This document shows positions 17,169-25,347 of a stretch of 64,000 bases of DNA, piece after piece; position 1 is the first letter of the stretch, and every line of letters begins with the position of its first letter. The notes under the pieces were generated by a model. That model was not told the origin of the DNA, ran no database searches, and saw only the letters and a list, made by a program, of their open reading frames with translations. The stretch is from positions 64,001-128,000 of the forward strand of contig CAWFFU010000012.1 of assembly GCA_963815215.1 (NCBI GenBank). The letters are read 5' to 3'. Both the position numbers and the translations under genes were made by a program. This DNA comes from an uncultured Trueperaceae bacterium. GTDB lineage: Bacteria; Deinococcota; Deinococci; Deinococcales; Trueperaceae.

Positions 17169-18989
17169 ATGAGCAACGTCTCGCACAACGCCTCAGCAAG
17201 GCTCGTGCTAACTGGAGAAGCTGCACTCGAGGTCGGAGGTCGACGCGTTCACGTGCGTCGGAAAGGGCTCGCGCTGTTGGCCTACCTGGCGCTCGATGGG
17301 CCGGCGCGGCGCGAAGCGCTGGCCGATCTCCTGTGGGGGACCGAGCACGGACGCGGCAATCTTCGGGTCGAGCTCCGGCGTCTCAACGTGGCGTTCGGCC
17401 GCGACCTCCAGGGGCGTGGCGCCGACCCGCTCGACCTACCGGGCTGGCTCGAGGTACGCATCGGGGGGTCCCCGCACGACTTCCTGCGCAGCATGGAAGA
17501 CCTCACGCCCCGCTTCGACGAGTGGCTGGTCATCCAGCGCGAGCGGATGGCTGCCGAGGCGGGACCGTTCGACGGGACCCACGCCTGGGTGGACAAGCTC
17601 GCCGCGCTGATCCCGGCCGCGGCCGTCGTCTTGCTGCGAGTCACGCCCGCCACGGATGGGCGTGCCGAGGCGCAGGTGCTGGCGACGGCCTTGAGGCGGC
17701 AACTCCTCGAAGGCGCCGAGGAGGGCGGGCGGCCCTCGGTCCGGCTGTTGCCGCCGCCGTTCGACGACGGCCAGGCGCGCGCCGTGGCGCGCGACGCCGA
17801 GAACACCTGGGTGGTGCCCCTGCCGGCGTACGGCGAGGAGCCGCTGTGTGTGCTCGAGATGCGTTCGATGCTGCGCCCGGAGAGGCTCTTCGAGGTGGAG
17901 GTGCCGCCGCTTGGCTGGGCGGAAGCCCGCAAGGGCGTGCTGAGCGGACTTCCCTTCGAGCGGGCGGCGCCCATCTACCTGCAGAGCGGCGGCAACGCCG
18001 GGTTCCTTGCCGAGCTCATGGAGTCGGGCCCGGACGTCCTGCCCCCGCGCATCCATGCCGCCTACATGTGGGAGGCTCGCCACGCCTCCCTGGAGGCGAG
18101 GCTCGCGCTCGAGCGCCTCTCGGTCCATCCCGGCCCGCTGCCCTGGTCGCTCATCGAGGTCTTCGAGGCGCAGGCGAGCCTGGACGAGCTCGAGAGGCGA
18201 GGCTGGCTGGCTTTCGACGCGGGCTGGAGGTTCGCCGATCCCGTAGCCCGCCGCGTGGTCGACCTCGGACTCCAACCCGGCCGCAGGCAGCACTCCCACC
18301 TCCTCGCCGGGGAGGCCCTGGAGCGCGAGGGGCTCGCCCTCGCGGCCCTCTACCACCGGCGCGAGGCGGGCGGTTCGGTCGACTGGGAGGGCGTGGAGGC
18401 CCGCCTCACCCCGTGGGCGCGCCAGGCGCTTCGCGTGTACAGGCACGGCGCGGCCGCCCCGATGCCGGAGGTCGGTTCGGTCGGGTGGGATCCTCCCGGG
18501 CCGCCGCTCGTCACCGGAGCGGAGATGGCGTTGCTGGAAGAGCTCCGGTACGGAGGTGCGATCTACGGCGACGGGGCGAGCTGGTCGATCGTTCGCACCG
18601 GTGGCGAGGCGTCGGCAACCGGCGCGGTGTTCGAGACGCCGCGCGAACCTCTCGTGCTCCACGTCCGGGGCCGGGGCTTCGTCGACAGCCCGCTGAACGT
18701 GGGGCTCGACGGCGAGTCCGCGGCGCTGTCGCTACGTCACGACGGCGTCCTACGCGCCGTGTTCGTCGCTGGCCTGCGCGCGCCCGCGGTCATCGATGGC
18801 GTGTCGGTCGTACCTCTGGGAACACCGTTCGAGACATGGCTACGGCTCGAACCGGGCAGCCGGCTGCGCGTGGAGAGCAGCGCGCTGATGGCGATCATCG
18901 AGATGGAGATGGCGATCTACCGGCATGGGGCCGGGGAACGCGAGCGCACCGGCCGCCAGGACCGGGCGTGGGGCGCTACCGGTGTGTGA
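17169..18989 (+). CDS. SARP/AfsR-like transcriptional regulator with degenerate ATPase region
   Basis: RKGLALLAYLALDGPARREALADLLW...NLRVELRRL winged-helix; FDEWL BTAD remnant; SGGNAGFL; beta-rich C-terminus. Confidence 0.75.
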   Translation: MSNVSHNASARLVLTGEAALEVGGRRVHVRRKGLALLAYLALDGPARREALADLLWGTEHGRGNLRVELRRLNVAFGRDLQGRGADPLDLPGWLEVRIGGSPHDFLRSMEDLTPRFDEWLVIQRERMAAEAGPFDGTHAWVDKLAALIPAAAVVLLRVTPATDGRAEAQVLATALRRQLLEGAEEGGRPSVRLLPPPFDDGQARAVARDAENTWVVPLPAYGEEPLCVLEMRSMLRPERLFEVEVPPLGWAEARKGVLSGLPFERAAPIYLQSGGNAGFLAELMESGPDVLPPRIHAAYMWEARHASLEARLALERLSVHPGPLPWSLIEVFEAQASLDELERRGWLAFDAGWRFADPVARRVVDLGLQPGRRQHSHLLAGEALEREGLALAALYHRREAGGSVDWEGVEARLTPWARQALRVYRHGAAAPMPEVGSVGWDPPGPPLVTGAEMALLEELRYGGAIYGDGASWSIVRTGGEASATGAVFETPREPLVLHVRGRGFVDSPLNVGLDGESAALSLRHDGVLRAVFVAGLRAPAVIDGVSVVPLGTPFETWLRLEPGSRLRVESSALMAIIEMEMAIYRHGAGERERTGRQDRAWGATGV

Positions 18990-19087
18990 GGCGCGCCGCG
19001 GTCGCGTGCGGCGCCCGCTTCATGTGCTCCCTCGGGCGCGGGCAGCTGCCCGCGTCACCCCTCCCGCGGAGCAGAGCGCGTATCGTG

Positions 19088-19117
19088 TTGGCGACGGTGG
19101 GAACGCTGTGCTATGCT
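19088..19117 (+). promoter_or_regulatory. Probable rpmH/rnpA operon promoter (extended -10)
   Basis: TTGGCG (19088-19093), 18-bp spacer, TGcTATGCT (19109-19117). Confidence 0.55.
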
Positions 19118-19245
19118 CTTACGGCTTGACTGCCTTGGCCCCCGCCGGCGGCCCAACGAGGTTTGACGCCGAACGAGGCCCGCCCCGTCGGCTGAACGTC
19201 GTGTCGATCCTTTCGTTCGGGGCGGCGGGTCCTTCGAAGGAGAAC

Positions 19246-19755
19246 GTGAATGAAGCGCACATATCAGCCGAACAAGCGCAAGCGCGCCAAGACGCACGGC
19301 TTCCGCGTCCGCATGGCGACCCCCGGGGGCCGCAACGTCCTCAAGCGCCGCCGTGCCAAGGGACGCAAACGCCTGTCGGTATCCGATCGCTGACGCCGGT
19401 TCCGGTCCTTCGCTCGCTGAAGGGGGACCGGGCCTTCCAGCGACTACGCAAGGGGCGTTCCAGTGGCGCGAAGCATCTCAGTCTGCGCTGGCGCCCCGCC
19501 CAGCATGGTGAAGTGCGGGTGGGCATCGTGGTGAGCGGCAAGGTCGGCAAGGCGGTGGTGCGCAACCGTGTCCGGCGGCGCCTGCGCGACGCCCTGGGCA
19601 TCCTGCTGGCCGACGGGGTTCGCGCCGAGGCGTGTCACGCCGGCGCGCCGTCGTTCGACCTGGTGGTCATCGCCAGGCCGTCGGCGGCCGAGGTCGGCTA
19701 CTGGGAGCTCAAGGCCTCGCTGGCTCGGGCGCTGGAGAGGGTGCGACTCACGTGA
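19246..19755 (+). CDS. rnpA: Ribonuclease P protein component, probably N-terminally extended across rpmH
   Basis: [38 protein letters not shown] (RNR motif); frame open from GTG 19246. Start is inferred. Confidence 0.88.
   Translation: MNEAHISAEQAQARQDARLPRPHGDPRGPQRPQAPPCQGTQTPVGIRSLTPVPVLRSLKGDRAFQRLRKGRSSGAKHLSLRWRPAQHGEVRVGIVVSGKVGKAVVRNRVRRRLRDALGILLADGVRAEACHAGAPSFDLVVIARPSAAEVGYWELKASLARALERVRLT
19250..19393 (+). CDS. rpmH: 50S ribosomal protein L34
   Basis: [47 protein letters not shown]; too short for the ORF track. Confidence 0.98.
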   Translation: MKRTYQPNKRKRAKTHGFRVRMATPGGRNVLKRRRAKGRKRLSVSDR

Positions 19756-20111
19756 GCCGCCTCGCCCGGCGGCTGCTGACGGCGCCGATCCGCTTCTATC
19801 GGCACTTCCTCTCGCCTCTCAAGGGCGCGCCGAGCTGCCGTTTCCACCCCACCTGCAGTGCCTACGCCATCGAGGCGATCGAAGTGCACGGCGTCTTCAA
19901 GGGCAGTTACCTCGCCGTGCGCCGCGTGTTGAAGTGCCACCCCCTGCACCCCGGCGGATTCGACCCGGTCCCGCCGCGCCCGCCGGCGCGTAGCGACCGA
20001 CGCCGGCGAGAGTCCGCGAGCTTCGCCCCGCGGCTGCTGTCCGACCCATGGGCCGACGGGCTCGAGCGACCGGCACGGCCGCGCACGGAGACTCCCACGG
20101 AGGCATCTTGA
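19752..20111 (+). CDS. yidD: Membrane protein insertion efficiency factor
   Basis: GTGA overlap with rnp[31 protein letters not shown]. Confidence 0.93.
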   Translation: MSRLARRLLTAPIRFYRHFLSPLKGAPSCRFHPTCSAYAIEAIEVHGVFKGSYLAVRRVLKCHPLHPGGFDPVPPRPPARSDRRRRESASFAPRLLSDPWADGLERPARPRTETPTEAS

Positions 20112-21775
20112 AGACCGCTCGCTCTTTGACCCTGGCGCTGCTCCTGTTCGCGGCGCTCGTTTCCGGCGTGGCGCAAGCGCGCATCGTCTTCGGCGCCAGC
20201 GACTTCAACGTCTCGGACTTCAAGAACCTCGATAAGGTCACCGCGACCTGCAAGACGGCCGATCCGTCGTTCCTGTGCCGATTGCAGGACGCCACCCTCA
20301 CGCGCATCCCCACCAAGGGGGTCGATCTGTTCTTCGACGGCGCCGGCGAGTTGGTGGCGGCCTACGCCAAGCCCCAGAAGGGGCAGACGTACAACGACTA
20401 CCCCATCGACCGCCGGCAGAACCTGATCCCCTTCGGGTCCGGCGTGCCGGGCGGCGCGGTCTTCATCGACGGGGCCTACGACGTGCCGCAGGACCCCAGC
20501 GGGAGCTGGCAGCGCACCAGCAAGACCGAGTTGGTGGGGACCTTCCACTTCCGTGCGGGCGCCTACCAGGTCGAGCGGGTGGTGACGGTGAGCGCCGTCC
20601 GCGAGCACATCAACGTCCAGGTGAGCGTGCAGCCGGCGCAGGGGGCCGGTGCGGCCGCCGGCACCGCCACGTCTGGCACTGCCACGTCCGGCACTGCCAC
20701 GTCCGGCGCCGCCACGTCCGGCGCCGCCACCTCCGGCACTGCCACCTCCGGCGCCGCGACGACGGCTCCGAGCGGCGGCGCGCAGCCGACCGTCGCGATC
20801 GTCACCCCCGGGATCGCCGGCACCGCCAGTCCGGTGGCGAAGATCGGTCACGGCTCGGACTTCACGCTCGCCCCGCCGGCGGGCAAGAGCTACCCGGACC
20901 CCACCTACGCGTCGTTGCAGAACAACAACAACAACAACGGCGACGCCATCGTGCTGCGCCCGGTGCAGGGCGCGCAGAACGTCCAGGCCGAGTACCTGCA
21001 GCCCGATCGGGTGGCGCTGGTGAAGCCGATCGGGGCAGACGGGCACGCCTCGTTCCAGGTCCAGTACTACACCGGCAAGAACGAGCTGGTGCGGTACTAC
21101 CAGGAGGGCTACCTGGGTCTTCCCGGCCTGTTCCGGCCCAACATCCTGGGTCGGCTGTCGCTGTACATCGTCCAGCTCCTGGTCTTCATCCACAAGTATG
21201 TGGGCAGCTGGGGTCTCGCGATCATCGTGCTGACGCTGATCTTCCGCGCGCTGATCTGGCCTCTCATCGCCACCCAGACCAAGTCGATGTTCGGCATGCA
21301 GAAGCTGCAGCCCAGGATCAAGGAGCTGCAGGGCAAGTACAAGGACGATCGCGAGAAGCTGACGCAGGAGACCATGAAGCTGTACCAGGAAGCGGGCGTG
21401 AATCCCGCCGGCGGCTGCCTGCCGATCCTGTTGCAGATGCCGCTGTTCATCATCCTGTGGCGCGTGTTCGTCAACTTCGAGTTCAATCAGGGATTCCTGT
21501 GGCTGCCGGACCTGGGGCAGTCCGACCCCTTCTATATCCTGCCCGTGCTGTACGTGCTCGTGATGCTGGCCACGTCCTACTTCTCGGCCCGCGGGAACCC
21601 CCAGACGTTGCGGCAGTCGATGTTCATCAACTTGATCTTCGTCTTCGTCATCATCAACTTCCCTGCCGGGGTGCTGCTGTACTATGTGGTATCCATGCTG
21701 GTGCAGGTGTTCCAATACTGGCTGTTGAGCCGCAACCAACCCGTGGTGGCGGTGCCCGCCAAGCGGGTGAAGTGA
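20108..21775 (+). CDS. yidC: Membrane protein insertase YidC
   Basis: TTGA overlap; [51 protein letters not shown]. Confidence 0.95.
   Translation: MKTARSLTLALLLFAALVSGVAQARIVFGASDFNVSDFKNLDKVTATCKTADPSFLCRLQDATLTRIPTKGVDLFFDGAGELVAAYAKPQKGQTYNDYPIDRRQNLIPFGSGVPGGAVFIDGAYDVPQDPSGSWQRTSKTELVGTFHFRAGAYQVERVVTVSAVREHINVQVSVQPAQGAGAAAGTATSGTATSGTATSGAATSGAATSGTATSGAATTAPSGGAQPTVAIVTPGIAGTASPVAKIGHGSDFTLAPPAGKSYPDPTYASLQNNNNNNGDAIVLRPVQGAQNVQAEYLQPDRVALVKPIGADGHASFQVQYYTGKNELVRYYQEGYLGLPGLFRPNILGRLSLYIVQLLVFIHKYVGSWGLAIIVLTLIFRALIWPLIATQTKSMFGMQKLQPRIKELQGKYKDDREKLTQETMKLYQEAGVNPAGGCLPILLQMPLFIILWRVFVNFEFNQGFLWLPDLGQSDPFYILPVLYVLVMLATSYFSARGNPQTLRQSMFINLIFVFVIINFPAGVLLYYVVSMLVQVFQYWLLSRNQPVVAVPAKRVK
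20660..20764 (+). repeat. In-frame 15-bp tandem repeat (G[TA]ATS) inside yidC
   Basis: Six copies of ggcRcYgccacStcY plus one degenerate copy. Confidence 0.9.
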
Positions 21776-21782
21776 GGGTTCG

Positions 21783-22382
21783 ATGGACGACCGTGATCTC
21801 GACAGGTATCTAGAGGACCTCGGCATCAATATGGATGAGGAGGACGAGCAAGAGGCGCTCCTCCCAGAGGCCGAGGCGGAGGAAGAGGGGTACGAGACCC
21901 CGCTCGTGGTGCCCGCCGCTCCCCTCGAGGGAAGCCCGCGGGAACGCTGCGAGGCCTTCCTGGTCGATCTGTTGCTCAACTTCGATCCGACCTACGCGGT
22001 CGAGGTGGAGGAGGCGGACGACGAGGAGTTGCGCGTCGAGGTCTATGGCGGCGACCCCGGGAAGGTGATCGGCCGCGCGGGTCGCACGCTGGCGGCGCTC
22101 GAGTACATCACCAACGCGGTCATCAATCGTGACGAGGGTTCGCGTGTGCGCGTCTCCATCGACGTCGGCGGCTACAAGCGGCGCCGCGACGAGCGTCTGC
22201 GGGGTGAGGCCCGTAAGGCTGCCGCGCGCGTTCGCAAGACCGGACGCCCGGTGGAGCTCGACGCCATGAGCGCGGCCGAGCGGCGCGTCGTCCACATGGC
22301 GCTCGCCGACGATCCCGACGTCATGAGCGAGTCCTTCGGTGAGGGCAAGGATCGCCACGTGGTGGTGAAGCCGGCGTCCTAG
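21783..22382 (+). CDS. jag: Jag/KhpB (EloR) RNA-binding protein, KH + R3H
   Basis: GKVIGRAGRTLAALEY KH loop, IDVGGYKRRR, MSAAERRVVH R3H; follows yidC. Confidence 0.9.
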   Translation: MDDRDLDRYLEDLGINMDEEDEQEALLPEAEAEEEGYETPLVVPAAPLEGSPRERCEAFLVDLLLNFDPTYAVEVEEADDEELRVEVYGGDPGKVIGRAGRTLAALEYITNAVINRDEGSRVRVSIDVGGYKRRRDERLRGEARKAAARVRKTGRPVELDAMSAAERRVVHMALADDPDVMSESFGEGKDRHVVVKPAS

Positions 22383-22399
22383 GCGGCGTAGGATGAGCC

Positions 22400-23350
22400 A
22401 TGCTTGATCGCATCCGCGACGCCTGCGCGCGGGTGGCGGAGCGTGCACGCTTCGTAAGGGTGGCGAGCGACGTCGAGGACTACCTGGCGACGTTGGATCG
22501 GTCGACGCTGAGCCGGCCCCGGTACGACACCGACTACCACTTCCGAGGGGATCGCGAAGCCACCGTCGCCTACGTGCTGGTGCTCGACGCCATCAACTTC
22601 GGCTCGGGCTATTTCCCGAGCCTGCGGCTTCCGCCGGGGGGTACGGGCTACGCTGCCGTGGCGGGCGCGCTGACACGGTGGTTCGAAGCGGTGGGACCGC
22701 CGTCGCCGGAAGGGCTGGCGCGGATCGACGCAGTGGTCGTGGCCGAGCTGCTCGAGCAGGACCTCGCGGATCCCCTTCGCGCCGAGCTCATGCATCTGTA
22801 CGCCGGCGCCCTCGCCGAGCTCGGCGCTCACGTCGCCGCCCGCTTCGGCGGGCGCTTCGAGGCCCTGGTGGCGGCGGCCTCCCACAGCGCCGAGCGGCTG
22901 GCGGCCCTGCTCACGGAGATGCCGTACTTCCGCGACGTGTGGCGCTACGACGGTCTGGAAGTCCCGCTGTACAAGCGTGCGCAGATCACGGCGTCCGACC
23001 TGGCGTTGGCGCTAGAGGGTGAGGGCTACGGCGCGTTCAACGACCTCGACCGGCTCACCATCTTCGCCGACAACGTGGTCCCGCACGTCCTGCGCGCGGA
23101 CGGGGTACTCGAGTACGCCCCCGTCCTGGCCCACCGCATCGACGCCGTAGAACGTCTCGAGGCCGGCTCCCCCGAGGAGATCGAGATCCGGGCGGTGGCG
23201 CTCCACGCCGTCGAGCGCCTGGTGACCGCCGCCCGCCGGCGTGGCTGGACGGTATGCGCACGCGAGTTCGACGTTGCGTTGTGGGAGCGCGGGCAGGAGC
23301 CGGCCTACCGCGACCGGCCGGCGCACCTCACGCTCAGCACCGCCTACTGA
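22400..23350 (+). CDS. Queuosine salvage protein (DUF2419/Qng1 family)
   Basis: LVLDAINFGSG, FRD, YKRAQI, LTIFADNVVPHVL, EIEIRA, FDVALW, HLTLSTAY. Confidence 0.8.
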   Translation: MLDRIRDACARVAERARFVRVASDVEDYLATLDRSTLSRPRYDTDYHFRGDREATVAYVLVLDAINFGSGYFPSLRLPPGGTGYAAVAGALTRWFEAVGPPSPEGLARIDAVVVAELLEQDLADPLRAELMHLYAGALAELGAHVAARFGGRFEALVAAASHSAERLAALLTEMPYFRDVWRYDGLEVPLYKRAQITASDLALALEGEGYGAFNDLDRLTIFADNVVPHVLRADGVLEYAPVLAHRIDAVERLEAGSPEEIEIRAVALHAVERLVTAARRRGWTVCAREFDVALWERGQEPAYRDRPAHLTLSTAY

Positions 23351-25347
23351 GCGCCGGCGGTGAGCACCAGGTAGCGCCAACTGACGGCCGGCAGGCTCAC
23401 CCGTCCCCGGAAGCTGCGGCCGCTGACGGCGTCCGTCCACATGCCTGCCGGGAGCTCCAGGGGCAACGCCGCGGTGCCGCTGTTGAACGCGGCCAGCAGC
23501 TGGCCCGGGTGAGGTGCGCCGCGCAGGAAGGCCAGGACCGGTCCCTGGCCGCGGTAGGCGAGCCACAGTGGGTCGGAGAGGGCCGGAAGGTCCGCCTTCA
23601 AGCGGGCGAGGAGCGCGTAGTGCGCCTGCATGCCGGCGTCGCAGGCGTTCCACTGCACCGGGTAGCGCTCCAGGTCGCCGGCCTTCTGCCCCAACTGAGC
23701 GCACTCGTCGCCCTGGAAGGTGACCGGCAGGCCCGGCATGGCGTACAGCAGCGCCGAAGCCAGGCGCTCACGCCTCAGCGCCGACAGCGACGGGGTATCG
23801 CCCCAATCGCCGCCGCCCAGGTCGGTGAGCAGCCGCGAGGTGTCGTGGGAGTCGATGACGTTGAAACCCATGGCGGCGACCGCCGTGGGCTGGCCCATCA
23901 TCCAGCGAGCGAGCTGGGTCTGCGCCCAGCGCCCGCCGAACAGCGGGGACGCCCCCTTGGCGTATTTCAGGAGCACGTCCCGCCCGAGCGCGTAGTTCAT
24001 GAGGCTGTCGAACTGGTCGCCCTGGAGCCAGCTCGGGTCGGCCGACCAGATCTCCCCGACCAGGTAGGCGTCCGGGCCCACGCTCTTGACGACGCTGCGC
24101 AGCGCACGGACGAAGGTGTGGCCGTCGACGAGCGCGTTGGGGGCGTCGACGCGGAGGCCGTCGAAGCCTACTGTGAGCCAGTAACGGGCTACTTCGAGCA
24201 GGTAGCGCTCGACGCCGGGGTCGCTGGTGTTGAGCTGCGGCAGGCTGGCCACACCCGACCACCCGGCGTACGCCGTCGGGTCGCCGGGCTCGAACGGCCA
24301 GCGGCGAACGACGTACCAGTTCCAGTACGGAGAGTTGGGACCGTAGCGCACCACGTTCCGGAACGCCCAGAACCCCAGGCCGGTGTGGTCCGGTACGAAG
24401 TCGAACAGAACGCGCATACCCAGGGCGTGGGCGCGGGCCAGCAGACGCCGCACGGTGGCGAGGTCGCCGAGGTGGGGAGCGACGTCGAGGAAGCTGCTGG
24501 CGTCGTAGCCGTGGGCCGACCCGGCGTCCACGATGGGGTTGAGGTAGAGCACGTCGACGCCCTCGGCGGCAAGGTAGGGGAGCTTGTCCAGGATGCCCTG
24601 CAGGTCCCCGCCGTAGTAGGCGTGGCAGCACAGGCTCTCGGGCGGAGGTGATGCCCACGAGGGCAGGACGACGGGTGGCGGGCCGCTCCAGCGCGGGTCG
24701 ACGTTGAACGCGTCGCTGGCCAGTGCCAGTGCGTCGTTGGTGGGGTCTCCGTTGAAGAAGCGGTCGGGGAAGATCTGGTAGCCGACCCCGTGCGCTACCC
24801 ACGGCAGGGCCGTGGCCACGCCGGAGGGGACCACGAATGGTCCGACGACGACGGGGTCGCCGGACACGGGCGCGAGCTCGATCCGGTAGCGACGCACGCC
24901 GACCGGGAGCGCGGCGATCCAGTCCGCGTGACCGTCCGCCTGCGCCTGCCGCACCATCGCGACGGCCGCGCCCGGCCCGGTCCGCGCCGGCCCGGTCCCG
25001 CCGGCGACGATCTGCACCGAGGCCGCGGCCAGCGCTCCGTCGTCGACGCGGATGCGCAGGTAGAGGCGGCCTTCGGCGATCGAGAGGTCGGTGGGGTCCG
25101 TCGGGACGTGCTGGAACCCCAGCGCGGCTACTGCAGGGGGCGTTGCAGGGCGGGTCGTCGCGGGCGGCGCCGCAGTCCCCTCGGCCCGGGCGACGGCGCT
25201 CGGCGCGCATGGGAGTGCGGCCGGCAGCAGCGCGGCCAGCAGGAATGCGCTCGTGAGACGCGTCCGAAGCGTGCGCGTGCGTAACGGGCGCGGCCGTTGC
25301 GCGCCCGACCCCGACGGGACCGGCGGGGGTGCGTCGCGACGCGTCAC
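23344..25347 (-). CDS. GH13 alpha-amylase/neopullulanase-like enzyme, probably exported
   Basis: YQIFPDRF, GGDLQG, HGYD, DGLRVD, VGEIW, DSHD; hydrophobic N-terminal segment. Confidence 0.88.
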   Translation of the reverse strand: MTRRDAPPPVPSGSGAQRPRPLRTRTLRTRLTSAFLLAALLPAALPCAPSAVARAEGTAAPPATTRPATPPAVAALGFQHVPTDPTDLSIAEGRLYLRIRVDDGALAAASVQIVAGGTGPARTGPGAAVAMVRQAQADGHADWIAALPVGVRRYRIELAPVSGDPVVVGPFVVPSGVATALPWVAHGVGYQIFPDRFFNGDPTNDALALASDAFNVDPRWSGPPPVVLPSWASPPPESLCCHAYYGGDLQGILDKLPYLAAEGVDVLYLNPIVDAGSAHGYDASSFLDVAPHLGDLATVRRLLARAHALGMRVLFDFVPDHTGLGFWAFRNVVRYGPNSPYWNWYVVRRWPFEPGDPTAYAGWSGVASLPQLNTSDPGVERYLLEVARYWLTVGFDGLRVDAPNALVDGHTFVRALRSVVKSVGPDAYLVGEIWSADPSWLQGDQFDSLMNYALGRDVLLKYAKGASPLFGGRWAQTQLARWMMGQPTAVAAMGFNVIDSHDTSRLLTDLGGGDWGDTPSLSALRRERLASALLYAMPGLPVTFQGDECAQLGQKAGDLERYPVQWNACDAGMQAHYALLARLKADLPALSDPLWLAYRGQGPVLAFLRGAPHPGQLLAAFNSGTAALPLELPAGMWTDAVSGRSFRGRVSLPAVSWRYLVLTAGAQ

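Noticed and set aside
18990..19245. oriC next to rpmH
   Set aside because: No dnaA/dnaN, no TTATCCACA cluster and no AT-rich unwinding element seen.
20660..20764. Short repeats as a possible CRISPR array
   Set aside because: No spacers, in-frame within yidC, and no cas genes in the window.
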